A DNA stretch of 64,000 nt from positions 248,001 through 312,000 of the forward strand of contig CDRNVI010000029.1 of the NCBI GenBank assembly GCA_977017575.1, read 5' to 3'. How positions within the stretch are numbered: the stretch's first letter is position 1; every line of letters begins with the position of its first letter. Made by a program: the position numbers and the translations under genes. Positions 1 through 10,980 of the stretch are shown piece after piece. The stretch comes from Paramoeba atlantica. Its lineage: Eukaryota > Protista > Discosea. The notes under the pieces are model-generated. The model made no database searches and was not told the origin of the DNA. It worked only from the letters and a program-made list of their open reading frames with translations.

Positions 1-1
1 T

Positions 2-409
2 ACGTATCGCACTGGCTCATTGGGATACAGTCTTGTGGCCACCTCTGATGTCTATCTTTATGACGCCACGTGGAATTCACAAATGGAGAAGTCTGCCATA
101 GCACGTGTGTATCGCTACGGCCAGAAAAATTGCGTGAATGTGTTTCGGCTGATTTCTCAAAACACAATAGAAGCCGACCTTTTCGCGCGCTCAGAGCTTC
201 GAACCACTCATAGTGCCTGGTTGGGTCATATCACCGATATTCTCGGAGAAATGAAATCGAGTGAGCCACTGAGCATACCGTCCCCTTCTTCCGACAACGG
301 TGTCGACTGGGAGGCCGTCCGGCAACTGGACCCAGTTCTTAATTTTCTTTCTAAAAAGGAGCACCATATCAGTGCTGTAAAGGAGTGCAAGGTGCGGAGC
401 GATAGATAG
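2..409 (+). CDS. SNF2-family helicase/chromatin remodeller, C-terminal HELICc end (5' truncated by window edge)
   Basis: The frame is open from base 2: TYRTGSLGYSLVATSDVYLYDATWNSQMEKSAIARVYRYGQKNCVNVFRLISQNTIE. This matches SNF2 motifs V-VI (STRAGGLGLNL...DxxWNP...A.xR.xR.GQ...V.RL....TIE). Confidence 0.85.
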   Translation, partial: TYRTGSLGYSLVATSDVYLYDATWNSQMEKSAIARVYRYGQKNCVNVFRLISQNTIEADLFARSELRTTHSAWLGHITDILGEMKSSEPLSIPSPSSDNGVDWEAVRQLDPVLNFLSKKEHHISAVKECKVRSDR

Positions 410-601
410 AGCTTAGAAATAGAGAACTCGAATCCGATTCATTAGAAGTAAACGTGTTTCCATGTACATAACATGTGTGCATGTATTCCCACCAAAAACT
501 ATAAATTTATTCTACGTACACTGCACAAGTTCTGACTTTCGTTTGGTCTAATCTATACCGGTACTAGGAAACGGAAGTTTCATCTTTAGTCTTTTTCTGA
601 T

Positions 602-2350
602 ATGTCTGCAGACTCCAATACACCGTTATCTTTGATCAGATCTCCTTGCGCAAGCTACGATGAAAATTTTATCCGTGCTAGCACCACTCATCACACGACA
701 ACTGTGAGCCAAGAAGACAACTATCAGGAAAATGATAAAAAAGAGCCGCCGGGAGACAAGCCTCTTTTAAGTTGTGTACAACATACGTTTCATTTTCGTA
801 CTTTACGTCAAGTGAGCCGCACGGGTGTGATGCTCGTGGGATGGGGCGGAGCGAATGGTTCGACTCTCACTGCAGGCGTGACCGCCAACAAGAAACACCT
901 AAAGTGGAATACAAAGCACGGCCCCAGGACTCCAAATTATTTGTGAAGTCTGACGCAAAATGCTACCATGTATTTAGGGAAATGTCATCTAGGTGAATAT
1001 AGCAGAGACTATAACTGTGCGTACTCGCAACTGGTCCCGCTACTGGATCCCAATGATATTGTATTGGGTGGGTGGGATATTCGCCCTGCGAATCTTTATA
1101 GAGCCATGAAGGCAGCAGCTGTTTTGGACTACGATTTACAGGTTCAATTGCAAGAGGAGATGGAGTTGCTTGCGCCACTTCCCGGGTATTGTGATCCAAA
1201 GTTTATTGCGACGAATCAGTGCGATACCTCTACCCACACACTTCCCATAGAATGGACACTAGCCCGTGTGCTGCAACGTTTGCGCGAAGACATTCGCACC
1301 TTTAAATCACAAAATAATGTTGATATCGTAACTGTTATGTGGACAGGAAATACCGAATCTTGCGTAGATCACACTGCTTTACAGTTTTCTACAGCCGAAC
1401 ATCTTCTTTGTGGTCTTCAGAAATCATCTCGAGGTGAGGGATTTCCTCCAAGTCTTCTGTACGCTACAGCTGCGATCCTGGAGAACTCATCCTTCCTAAA
1501 TGGTTCACCACAAAACACACTAGCCCCGGGGTTAGTGGACCTAGCTGAGCAAGTACGCCGAGCCCACATGTCTTCCGATATTGCAGCATTGATTTCAGGA
1601 ATGACTCCACAATATAGCAAGGGAAAAAGCCCATTTTTTATTGCTGGAGACGACTTCAAAACTGGGCAGACGAAACTCAAAGGAGTTCTCTTGGACTTTT
1701 TCGTTGGAGCGGGCTTTCGACCCGAGTGTGTTGCTTCCTATAATCATTTGGGAAACAATGATGGGCTCAATTTAAGCGAGAAATCACAATTCGAATCCAA
1801 AGAAAGGAGCAAGAGCGCGCTGGTGGAACAAATTGTGCAATCTAATTCTTTGCTTTTTCGCGATGGATACCGCGGACCCGACCACACAGTCGTAATCAAG
1901 CACCTACCCTATGTGGGGGATTCAAAGCGAGCACTGGACGAGTATACTTTTAGCACGTTCATGAATGGAACACACACACTGGTCATGCATAATACCTGCG
2001 AGGACAGTCTTCTAGCTGCTGGCGTTATGATCGACATGCTCGTTCTCTGCGAACTGCTCACACGTGTTGGCGTTTCGTATCGTTCCGAAGTCAATGAGTA
2101 TGATGACAAAGTCAGACCAGAGCAGAAAATTCTTTTACATGAGTATGCTCCCATGGATGTTTTAGCTTCGAACATGTTTGGTTATTTCCTAAAGGCCCCC
2201 AAAACAAGAATTCTCAACCGTACTATTCCTGAGGTTCATTCTCCGAGTCAACAGAAATTGTGTATCGAGAACTTTATTCGCGCTCTTGTCGGATTGGGAC
2301 CTGAATCATATACACATCTAGAGCAATATGCATGTATGCAGCAAGTTTGA
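602..2350 (+). CDS. INO1: myo-inositol-1-phosphate synthase, interrupted by one in-frame TGA at 944-946
   Basis: ORFs 602-946 and 968-2350 are in the same frame and read ...PNYL*SLTQNATMYLG.... The Rossmann motif GVMLVGWGGANG lies upstream of the stop. NGSPQNT, GDDFKTGQTK, SYNHLGNNDG and HNTCEDSLLA lie downstream. Confidence 0.92.
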
Positions 2351-2547
2351 TTTCTTTTTTGTGTTGTTCTACTTAGATCCGCTGTACTTAAGAGGATCAT
2401 TGGGCTAAAGAAGGGTCTTTCTTCGGCTTACGCAGGTGTTCGGAAGTGTTTACGTATTGTAAGATTTTGTACAGCTCATGATGAGCCTTACAGCTTTCTT
2501 ATTTTCGTTACTATCTTTTTTATAAAAACATCGTATTCTAAGCCAGT

Positions 2548-3576
2548 ATGTCGTTCTTAGCCAGGCCTAGCCAAAAAACAGCCTCTAGACTTTGGCTACT
2601 TAGCCAAGGAGGAAGAATGCACTGCACTTCCAGACACCACGGATCGAACGCTATACTCACAATGCGAAATATGAATCGGACGAACGTCCAGTTACGCAGC
2701 GCAATCCGTTCCTGGATGCCTTTCGCATCCTCTTCTATTTCTAACATGCCACATGTTCAACAACATGTCGGCTGCGTTCCGAGTCGCTTTGCGTCCAATT
2801 TTGTACTTACTTCCCTTCCTACGTTACAGCAAACGCTCCGAATGCATTCCACGTCCAACACAGAGAACCAGAAAGCTTCTTCTGCAGAGGACTCGAAGGC
2901 AAGTTCAGAGGAAAATGAAAAGAGTCAAAAGGAGTTTGAAAATATGCACTTCATACGACGCGAGTACCTTGGCTTGCGCCAGGACATTCGTGAGTACCCC
3001 GACATCTACAATGCGGTGAACGCGTTCCAGTTCATTCTGTTCACCGTATTTTGCCTCAGCAGTACGGGTTCCAAAGCTGAGGAGGAGTTCTGGATCCGCA
3101 TGTGTGGGATCGACCTCCAGTGGGGCTCACTCCTTGCTCCCCTGCTCCATGTATTCCTCACGACCAACTTTCTCTCCATGGCATTTGCTATGCTTCTGTT
3201 GCACAATCTTGGCCATACGGTGATCCAGGCGGTCGGGGCTCCGTTCCTACTGCGGTACCTCTCAGTTGTAGCGTTAGGCTCCGGAGCTCTCATGTGTGGC
3301 ATGAAGATGTTCTTCCCGAATATTGGACAAGGTGAAGTACAATATGGTCCATGGGATATAATTGTTGGTCTCTTCGTCGTGAGTGCTGCCACAAGTGGGT
3401 ACTCCCCGCTGCAGCTGCTGGGGTCGTTTAGCGGATGGGTGAAGTATGCGGCGTTTCTTGGCGCAGGAGTAATCATGTACTATGACTGGCAGCCCTGTGT
3501 GTTTGGATTTCTTGTGGCCTATGGGCTGCATCGCAGTGGAATCAGTCGTATTCCATCTACAGTGGCAGCGTCATGA
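2548..3576 (+). CDS. Rhomboid-like multi-pass membrane protein, probably mitochondrial and catalytically inactive
   Basis: R/S-rich presequence-like N-terminus and several TM helices. HVFL..NFLSMAFAMLLLHNLG..V...VG..F resembles the rhomboid H.F.H...H...NM..L..FG region. YGPWD stands where GxSG is expected. Confidence 0.55.
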   Translation: MSFLARPSQKTASRLWLLSQGGRMHCTSRHHGSNAILTMRNMNRTNVQLRSAIRSWMPFASSSISNMPHVQQHVGCVPSRFASNFVLTSLPTLQQTLRMHSTSNTENQKASSAEDSKASSEENEKSQKEFENMHFIRREYLGLRQDIREYPDIYNAVNAFQFILFTVFCLSSTGSKAEEEFWIRMCGIDLQWGSLLAPLLHVFLTTNFLSMAFAMLLLHNLGHTVIQAVGAPFLLRYLSVVALGSGALMCGMKMFFPNIGQGEVQYGPWDIIVGLFVVSAATSGYSPLQLLGSFSGWVKYAAFLGAGVIMYYDWQPCVFGFLVAYGLHRSGISRIPSTVAAS

Positions 3577-3866
3577 CAGTGGACGAGAGTGCAATGTAGT
3601 CGTGTGAAGGAAGATGCTAGTTTCGGCATCGACTACTAGGGTACGATAGATTGTTGTTTTAGTTCCTGTGTGCTACAAATGGTATTATACGATTGAGCTA
3701 CCTATCCGGCATCACATAAATAAGGTCAGCTTTTAACTAACAAACATACATGTAGGAAAAGAAAACAGTTTTAAGAGCCTCTCATAATACTTGTAAGAAT
3801 GTTAAGCTTATTTCTCAACTTATTTAATCTAGACACGCATATTCTAGAATACATTAAGGAAAGTAA

Positions 3867-4550
3867 ATGCCAAAAAAGTTCGGCATCAATGATAAAAGTG
3901 CAGCGTCTAGAGATCGAAATAACCAACGTAAGGAACGCGTAGCGCAAGAAAAGGCACAGGCAATAGAGAATGCAAATTGGAAAGAAACAGACAAACATGA
4001 AATAAAAAAAGCCGAGCGAATCGCTCAACGTGAAGCCAAGGAACTAGAACGTCTAGCACGTGAGGCCGAAAAGTCCGCATTGCGCCGTGCCGAGGAGAAT
4101 GCGTTATCATCTTCATCTGCCCCTAAAAAGGTCACGCATTTTGAACTCCAAAGAGACTTAGAACGTACGTCATCTCGTAATCGAATGGCTCATTCCTCGT
4201 CTCAAAATTTTATCTCACCGGACGAGCACGCGAGTACGCTAATGAGTCACTCCACGTGCGCCACCAATGCTACCATTGCAGATGACGCACAAGTCATAGC
4301 GTCAGGCTTTGATACGGTTTCCGACGCTCTTTCTGGACTTAGTGCACAACCGGATCGACACCCCGAACGTAGGATGAAAGCTGCATTCCTACAATACCAG
4401 TCGACTCATTTACCTAAATTAAAGCGTGATATACCCGGACTACGTCTGTCGCAATATAAACAAATGCTATGGGATAAATGGCTGAAGAGTCCGGAAAATC
4501 CCATTGTCCGAGCACACTTGACTAGTTTGGTGCACCAGAACCCAAAGTAG
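3867..4550 (+). CDS. CCDC124: CCDC124/Lso2/Oxs1-family ribosome-binding coiled-coil protein
   Basis: N-terminal MPKKFGIN; C-terminal DRHPERRMKAAF...PGLRLSQYKQMLW..W.KSPENP signature. Confidence 0.9.
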   Translation: MPKKFGINDKSAASRDRNNQRKERVAQEKAQAIENANWKETDKHEIKKAERIAQREAKELERLAREAEKSALRRAEENALSSSSAPKKVTHFELQRDLERTSSRNRMAHSSSQNFISPDEHASTLMSHSTCATNATIADDAQVIASGFDTVSDALSGLSAQPDRHPERRMKAAFLQYQSTHLPKLKRDIPGLRLSQYKQMLWDKWLKSPENPIVRAHLTSLVHQNPK

Positions 4551-4937
4551 TACCGCTAAGATTTCTGATGATTTCGGTTTGGAGTAAAAAAACATCACGA
4601 GATAAAATTTGCAATTACAGATTGCAATTACAAAACCGTACACCCATGTGGGCATGTACTCCCTGATGACCATACCTACATGTATCACTGACCATGTATG
4701 AACTCTGACAATGCATCATAGACCACCATATCTACCCGTAGAGTTCGTTCCTTGTGAAATTTCGTGCTGCCAAAACTACTTCATAACCTACGTTTATCAT
4801 AAATTATGAGTCCCTCATTAATATGCCAATTGTAATGTCAAGGAGACAAGGTTTACAAGCAGTGTGTTACTATGCTTAGGAAAACTATCTGTTTTCGATT
4901 ATCCTATTCCATGAAAAGTCTATGATGGACTATCTGC

Positions 4938-5975
4938 ATGCTATCCCACAAAACTTTCATCAAGATAGATAGCTCATTGCGAAGCTCCGTAAAAGTTCTT
5001 GAATTCTTAGATGGATTATGCACTCAATGCCTCGCCCGTCTTAAACAGGACCATCCTGCTCATACACTCTTCCTGAACACTAGAGGTCGAGTACTCGCCG
5101 ATGCATTAGTTCACCTTACGCCACGAGAAAACATTATTGTTGAGTGCGATGAGTCGCAGAGCCCTTTTTTGGTACAACATCTACGCAAATTCGCAGAATA
5201 TGCAACCATTCCTTTAGACATAAGCATAGCGTCAGACATGACGGTAGGAGTTTATTCGAAGAAGAGCGAACTTGAAGAAATACCGTATCTGAAGAACATT
5301 TTACAAAGCTTATTGCTATTCCGCAAGACCGACGCCTTGCCTCAGACTAGACCAGACTTTTCTTTCGCTGCTCGTGATCCTCGCGCATCGCTTTCTCATA
5401 TTCATCGTATCTACTTTAACAAGGATGAGACTCCGTCTTCCCGGTACGAAGAAAAGGACCTAGTTGGTCTAAGGGCATCAGCATATCGTTCCTTACGGCA
5501 TATGGAAGGAATTGCGGAAGGATCAGAAATTCAATATGAAAGAGCTTTACCAACAGAGTTCAATTTCGATCTACTAGGCAGCATTTCCTACACAAAGGGT
5601 TGCTACTTGGGTCAAGAGCTTACAGCTAGAAGTCATTTTTCAGGTATTATAAGAAGAAGAGTTGTACCCTTTTATGTGCCGCATCCAATTGCTGAGAGTC
5701 AAATCAATGGGAGTATTTCTGAAGCAATATCCCTGTTAGATTCGGAGGGTAAAGCCATTGGTAAAGTTATAGCGTTTCATAAGCAATGGGGACTGGCCTC
5801 ATGTACATGTCATCCCCTTTTTCAGAGGGAATTCAATGACGTCGAGATCAATGCATCACTCTGCGCTACGTGGCAAGGTTATTTACCTTGTCGACTTCAA
5901 TATACGGAGAGCCAGACCCAGAGCAAAACCAAATGCTACCTGTATATTCCCTATTGGTGGCCTGACGATAGATAG
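4938..5975 (+). CDS. IBA57: IBA57/CAF17/YgfZ folate-binding Fe-S assembly protein
   Basis: ISYTKGCYLGQELTARSHFSG (KGCYxGQE signature); FLNTRGRVLAD N-terminal motif. Confidence 0.9.
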   Translation: MLSHKTFIKIDSSLRSSVKVLEFLDGLCTQCLARLKQDHPAHTLFLNTRGRVLADALVHLTPRENIIVECDESQSPFLVQHLRKFAEYATIPLDISIASDMTVGVYSKKSELEEIPYLKNILQSLLLFRKTDALPQTRPDFSFAARDPRASLSHIHRIYFNKDETPSSRYEEKDLVGLRASAYRSLRHMEGIAEGSEIQYERALPTEFNFDLLGSISYTKGCYLGQELTARSHFSGIIRRRVVPFYVPHPIAESQINGSISEAISLLDSEGKAIGKVIAFHKQWGLASCTCHPLFQREFNDVEINASLCATWQGYLPCRLQYTESQTQSKTKCYLYIPYWWPDDR

Positions 5976-6373
5976 AGCAAAGTTCTTAGTTACTAGTAAT
6001 TCCAGTAAGAACAAGTCATGAAAATTTTTCATGACAGTTTTTCAAAAACTGCGGATGGAGTGCAAATTAATGACATTATGTAAAATTATACAAGGCCATG
6101 TGATATTACGCAACATGATGCAAGGCCGCGTCGGATCACGCAAGATATTCTTCTACTCGACACAGCGGGTAGAGATCAAAATGAGATCACGCGAGGTCAG
6201 ACCCATAGTTTCTTTGTACTTGGTTTGGGGGTATCTAATTTCTTTATTGGCATTTATCAGCTAGATGTTTAATGTATGATGATATCTGATACTACATTGG
6301 GTGCAGTGTAACGAAAGTACTACTTCAACTCAATTGCATAATAGTATAGCTTTGTTGGATACTAAAAGATTGA

Positions 6374-7357
6374 ATGCTTCCGACGCAACATGCTGACAAT
6401 ACGTTTTTATACCAAGTCGCAGGCCATGGTGACATCCTACATTCAGGAACGGACTCACAAAAAAGTTTGTCAGTGTGGAAAGTCGCGAGAAAGCATGAAC
6501 TAGCATGTTACAATAAGATGTTGGCAAAAAACCACCCCTTACACAAGCTTTCCCACTACGTTCCACCCTTCTATGGGGAAGTCATCTCACCCTGTACGCA
6601 GAATGCTAATGATAATTGTCCATTACCTTATTCTGAGCCAAAAGTGTCTCATTCTTCATGTCGGATTTCAGCTGCTCCTAGACTGTTTCAAAGCAAACGG
6701 TGCTTAGTCAGTCGCTTAGAAATGAAGAACATGGTGTCTTCATGTGGCAATCCTCAGGCTATGGATATTAAGCTGGGAAAAGTTCATCACAACCGAACAA
6801 TGCACCCTGAGAAGGTGCAGGCGAGTAAGAAGAAAGTATCAGTGTGCACTTCAAGGGCATATGCATTGCGCATCTCCGGTGCTTCAGAAGTACATAATGC
6901 GAGACTCCGAGGACGCTCAGCTCAATCGTTGTTAGAATTACGTGACGTTCTGCAAGAATTCTTTCTTCGTTCTTCGATAGACTGCTATAATAAATTTGCC
7001 CACGAAAGCACCGTGTTACATCAATCTATTCGCGAAATTACTTCCCTTCAAAATGCGCTGCGAAACATTACTCTGCATACCAGTTTTATATCATGTTCGG
7101 TTCTTATTACCCACGACGAATCTGCGAGTCATCGCACATCAGGTTGGAATTGCGCTGCAAAAGTCATTAATGCAAAGCTCATCGATTTTGCGAATTGTGT
7201 TTCATCTTCCGAACACGGATTGCTTGATATTCATGTGGGTGCGGCTTACGGACTACGTATGTTGGCTACTCTTCTGCAACACCTTTACCACAAGTCACTC
7301 TTTATTAACACCTATAGAACAGACACTCATAACATACATGTAGACATACATGTATGA
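6374..7357 (+). CDS. Inositol polyphosphate kinase (IPK/IPMK/IP6K superfamily)
   Basis: PQAMDIKLG (PxxxDxKxG), SCSVLI (SSLL-like) and KLIDFAN (IDF) motifs; QVAGH at the N-terminus. Confidence 0.85.
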   Translation: MLPTQHADNTFLYQVAGHGDILHSGTDSQKSLSVWKVARKHELACYNKMLAKNHPLHKLSHYVPPFYGEVISPCTQNANDNCPLPYSEPKVSHSSCRISAAPRLFQSKRCLVSRLEMKNMVSSCGNPQAMDIKLGKVHHNRTMHPEKVQASKKKVSVCTSRAYALRISGASEVHNARLRGRSAQSLLELRDVLQEFFLRSSIDCYNKFAHESTVLHQSIREITSLQNALRNITLHTSFISCSVLITHDESASHRTSGWNCAAKVINAKLIDFANCVSSSEHGLLDIHVGAAYGLRMLATLLQHLYHKSLFINTYRTDTHNIHVDIHV

Positions 7358-8855
7358 ATCATATCCACTAAGCCACAGTGCAAACGTTTATCGATACCTA
7401 TGTTTCTACTGCTTCATGATTTTTTGGAACAAACCTGTCTTTGTACGCACCCAATCACTACTTCATTCTACACTAAAAAGATTCGTGTAAGTGTATTTCT
7501 ATTTAGTCTAACCTTCACTCGACTCTTTGATGCGTGAAATCGTCTCGATACAGGCCGGCCAGTGTGGAAATCAAATTGGTTCTAAGTTTTGGGAAGTGAT
7601 ATGCGATGAGCACAGCGTCGACCCGTCAGGCACGTATGTGGGTGACAATGATCGTCAGTTGGAGCGCATTAATGTGTACTTCAACGAAGCGACCGGAGGT
7701 CGATATGTTCCGCGTGCCGTGCTGATGGATCTGGAACCTGGTACAATGGACAGCGTTCGGGCTGGTCCGTATGGTCAAATCTTCCGCCCGGACAACTTTG
7801 TGTTTGGTCAGACTGGGGCCGGGAATAACTGGGCTAAGGGGCACTACACGGAGGGTGCTGAGCTCATTGATAGCGTACTGGATGTTTGCCGCAAAGAGGC
7901 TGAAAGCTGTGACTGCCTGCAGGGATTTCAAATCTCACACTCCCTTGGTGGTGGGACAGGTTCAGGTACCGGAACTTTGTTGATTTCCAAGCTCCGTGAG
8001 GAGTACCCGGACCGCATGATGCTCACATTTAGCGTGATTCCTTCGCCCAAAGTGTCTGACACCGTCGTGGAACCCTACAACACAACTCTTTCGGTGCACC
8101 AACTCGTAGAGAACTCGGATGAATGTCTGTGCATTGACAATGAAGCGCTGTATGACATTTGCTTTCGTACCTTGAAGTTGACGACTCCCACGTTTGGTGA
8201 CCTGAATCATCTTGTGTCTGCGGTGATGTCCGGTGTGACGTGCTGTTTACGCTTTCCGGGACAGCTGAACTCCGACCTTCGCAAACTTGCGGTGAACCTG
8301 GTTCCATTTCCTCGCCTGCACTTCTTCATGGTCGGGTTTGCCCCCCTGACTTCTCGTGGCTCTCAGCAGTATCGCACATTTACTGTTCCTGAGTTAACGC
8401 AGCAAATGTTTGACTACAAGAACATGATGTGTGCCGCGGACCCGCGACACGGACGCTATCTCACTGCATCCGCCCTGTTCCGTGGACGTCTCTCCACGAA
8501 GGAGGTTGATGAGCAGATGTTGAACGTGCAGAACAAGAACAGCTCGTACTTCATCGAGTGGATCCCGAACAACATCAAGAGCTCTGTGTGTGACGTCCCT
8601 CCGAAGGGGTTGAAGATGACGGTGACCTTTATCGGGAACAACACTTGCATCCAAGAAATGTTCCGTCGCGTGGCGGAGCAGTTCACTGCAATGTTTCGGC
8701 GAAAGGCTTTTCTTCACTGGTACACCGGAGAAGGGATGGATGAGATGGAATTCACGGAAGCGGAAAGCAACATGAACGACCTTGTGGCAGAATACCAACA
8801 ATACCAGGATGCCGGGATCGAGGAGGAAGAACTCATTGACGAGCCGATGGCTGAA
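7302..8855 (+). repeat. Direct duplication block, copy 1 (beta-tubulin CDS plus about 230 bp of 5' flank); copy 2 at 10737-12306
   Basis: CDS offset is 3451 bp. All alternative-frame ORFs in the track are identical between copies. The 5' flank differs by small indels, and similarity ends at GCTGAA just before the stop. Confidence 0.95.
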
Positions 8856-8864
8856 CAGCAGTGA
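7530..8864 (+). CDS. TUBB: Beta-tubulin, copy 1 (C-terminus ...DEPMAEQQ)
   Basis: [41 protein letters not shown]. The ATG is at 7530; the track start at 7527 is a TTG. Confidence 0.99.
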   Translation: MREIVSIQAGQCGNQIGSKFWEVICDEHSVDPSGTYVGDNDRQLERINVYFNEATGGRYVPRAVLMDLEPGTMDSVRAGPYGQIFRPDNFVFGQTGAGNNWAKGHYTEGAELIDSVLDVCRKEAESCDCLQGFQISHSLGGGTGSGTGTLLISKLREEYPDRMMLTFSVIPSPKVSDTVVEPYNTTLSVHQLVENSDECLCIDNEALYDICFRTLKLTTPTFGDLNHLVSAVMSGVTCCLRFPGQLNSDLRKLAVNLVPFPRLHFFMVGFAPLTSRGSQQYRTFTVPELTQQMFDYKNMMCAADPRHGRYLTASALFRGRLSTKEVDEQMLNVQNKNSSYFIEWIPNNIKSSVCDVPPKGLKMTVTFIGNNTCIQEMFRRVAEQFTAMFRRKAFLHWYTGEGMDEMEFTEAESNMNDLVAEYQQYQDAGIEEEELIDEPMAEQQ

Positions 8865-9398
8865 GGTTTTTAGTGACGGAATATTTTTTTCAAGTGTAGT
8901 AATATTTTGAGACAGCAGTGTAGTTAGTGTGTTTGGATTTTAAAATTTTGCTGGGATAGTGTTGCAATGTTTGAAATATTTTGGGCCCTAGAATTGGCGG
9001 AATGTTTGTGTGGTTTGGAAATTTAGTGACCTAAAGATTGTATAATGTTTGAAAGTATAACTCATTTTATTGATTTCCCATTCCCAAAACATGAATGTCT
9101 ACTTTTTGTGCTTAGGATTGAGTTTTTATTAGATAGACAGTATTTGATGGATTATACCCGGCAGATGTATTATTAAACTTCACCCTTGACTATTTTTGTG
9201 CCGGATATTTTTGTATGTAGAATGAAGCACATTTCAAATACTTGGTAGGACATTTGTGTATAATGTGTTTGACCATCGTGCGTGTATTAGGTATGCTTTT
9301 TATACCTATTTGAAGTTCATACGATTTCTTCTGTCTTTAGTGCATTATTACCGAGTCATATCCAACTTATATCCACCGAGACCTTTGCTCCATTTTTA

Positions 9399-10703
9399 AT
9401 GCTGCGATTTGTAAGTCCCTTGTTTGCACATTCCAGGGAAAAACAGTCTGGATATCACCTGATGCGCGAACTGGGCAAAAAGAAATCCAAGTTACATGTG
9501 CAGGAAGCAATGACAACAAAAGATGCCTCGGGAACCGAAATTCGAAGTACTGGTACGCGAAGTCGTTTCACATACCGGACGTTCCGGCAACAGATGTCCA
9601 AGATTGAAGAGGTTTATGTTTGGGTTTGGTATCCATGGAGAGCGCATCCAGAGCACCCCGTTCCTGCCCTTCCTTGCCCTCGCACACTGAAGAACCTACA
9701 CGGCGCGGTCGTAACTTCTTTGTCACCAAGACAGAAGCAAAATCGCGAAAATATGCTCTCTGGTGTAACTTTGCAAGCAACAGACGAAGCTCTAAGTTCA
9801 AAATTTTCTCAAAAACATCCTTTTCTTTCATACATTTGTGAGAAATTGAGGGACAAACCTAAAGGATTTCCATTTTGGTATAAGAAGTATCCCAGCACTC
9901 GGCATGCCTATGAAAACCGATTTGCAGTACCTAAAGAAATGCTAGACGGGTATGATAACGCCGAAATGAGACGAGCTTTTTCGTTTCCTAATATGCGGAA
10001 CGGAGAAAAGCTACGTGCTGAAATTACAGCTATGTGCGAAAGGTATTGCCCTGATGATACGAGCCGTCGCTCCATTCCTGCCCGGTGCATTCGACTGGCA
10101 ATATTCGTACGTGAGAAAAGGAATCATTTGCTCACCAATCCGAAAAATCATATAGGAAAACGTCAACTAGGAAATTTGGAAAGGGCACTACAAAATGCAA
10201 TGCGCCGATGGAGAAAAGAGGATTTTCGAGGTTACTGGGAGTTTGTACGCGAGCATGATATGCTGGACATCATTCAACCTGAAAATCGAGTGAAATACCG
10301 ATGGGGTATGTGGTGGCGTTCAGACTGGAGGTTCGGACACGCGCTGAGTTCAAGCACGACTGACTTTCTCGATCCAAGGGGACTAATGGGGTGTGTAGAA
10401 ACCGGTCGAAGTTGTGCCGAGGTGGCTCGGGATCTGGGATTATCCTACACGCGCACATTAAATACCAAGGAACGTAAGTATTTCGAGAGTAGAGCAACTT
10501 ACTTCGAGAGACTCCAACAATTTAAATATGATCACGTTGAAGCGAACAGAGAGCGTGAACGCCAGGAATATCTTAATAAACTACAAGCTTTATATCAAAG
10601 GAGAAGCGCTAGAAACCTCACCGTTGATATCCCTCGTAAGCTTCACCGGACAAAGAATATTAGTCTGCAGCGATGGAAGTGCTGGCGTCATGGCCCTATG
10701 TGA
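9399..10703 (+). CDS. MRPS15: Mitochondrial ribosomal protein uS15m, kinetoplastid-type extended form
   Basis: ARCIRLAIFVREKRNHLLTNPKNHIGKRQLGNLERALQNAMRRWRKEDFRGYWEFVREHD fits the S15 helical domain; presequence-like start MLRFVSPLFAHSR. Confidence 0.75.
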   Translation: MLRFVSPLFAHSREKQSGYHLMRELGKKKSKLHVQEAMTTKDASGTEIRSTGTRSRFTYRTFRQQMSKIEEVYVWVWYPWRAHPEHPVPALPCPRTLKNLHGAVVTSLSPRQKQNRENMLSGVTLQATDEALSSKFSQKHPFLSYICEKLRDKPKGFPFWYKKYPSTRHAYENRFAVPKEMLDGYDNAEMRRAFSFPNMRNGEKLRAEITAMCERYCPDDTSRRSIPARCIRLAIFVREKRNHLLTNPKNHIGKRQLGNLERALQNAMRRWRKEDFRGYWEFVREHDMLDIIQPENRVKYRWGMWWRSDWRFGHALSSSTTDFLDPRGLMGCVETGRSCAEVARDLGLSYTRTLNTKERKYFESRATYFERLQQFKYDHVEANRERERQEYLNKLQALYQRRSARNLTVDIPRKLHRTKNISLQRWKCWRHGPM

Positions 10704-10980
10704 GTATACAGTCCCTATGTTAATACGTATAGAAACTTATCAATACCTATAGAACAGATACTCATAACATACAGATACATGTATGAATCATATCCACTAA
10801 GCCATAGTGCAAACGTTTATCGATACCTACACTGTATGTACTTACACTGTATGTTTCTACTGCTTCATGATTTTTTGGAACAAACCTGTCTTTGTACGCA
10901 CCCAATCACTACTTCATTCTACACTAAAAAGATTCGTGTAAGTGTATTTCTATTTAGTCTAACCTTCACTCGACTCTTTG

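Noticed and set aside
930-970. A small intron removing the INO1 stop
   Set aside because: The translation is colinear with homologues across the stop with no extra residues, and no GT...AG pair removes it cleanly.
4565-4708. Clustered TGATGA and CTGA boxes suggesting C/D snoRNAs
   Set aside because: Spacing is either about 45 or about 100 nt, and I could not recognise any rRNA-complementary guide.
602-7357. INO1 and inositol kinase as a functional gene cluster
   Set aside because: Three unrelated genes lie between them, and kinetoplastid polycistrons are generally not functionally grouped; proximity alone is weak.
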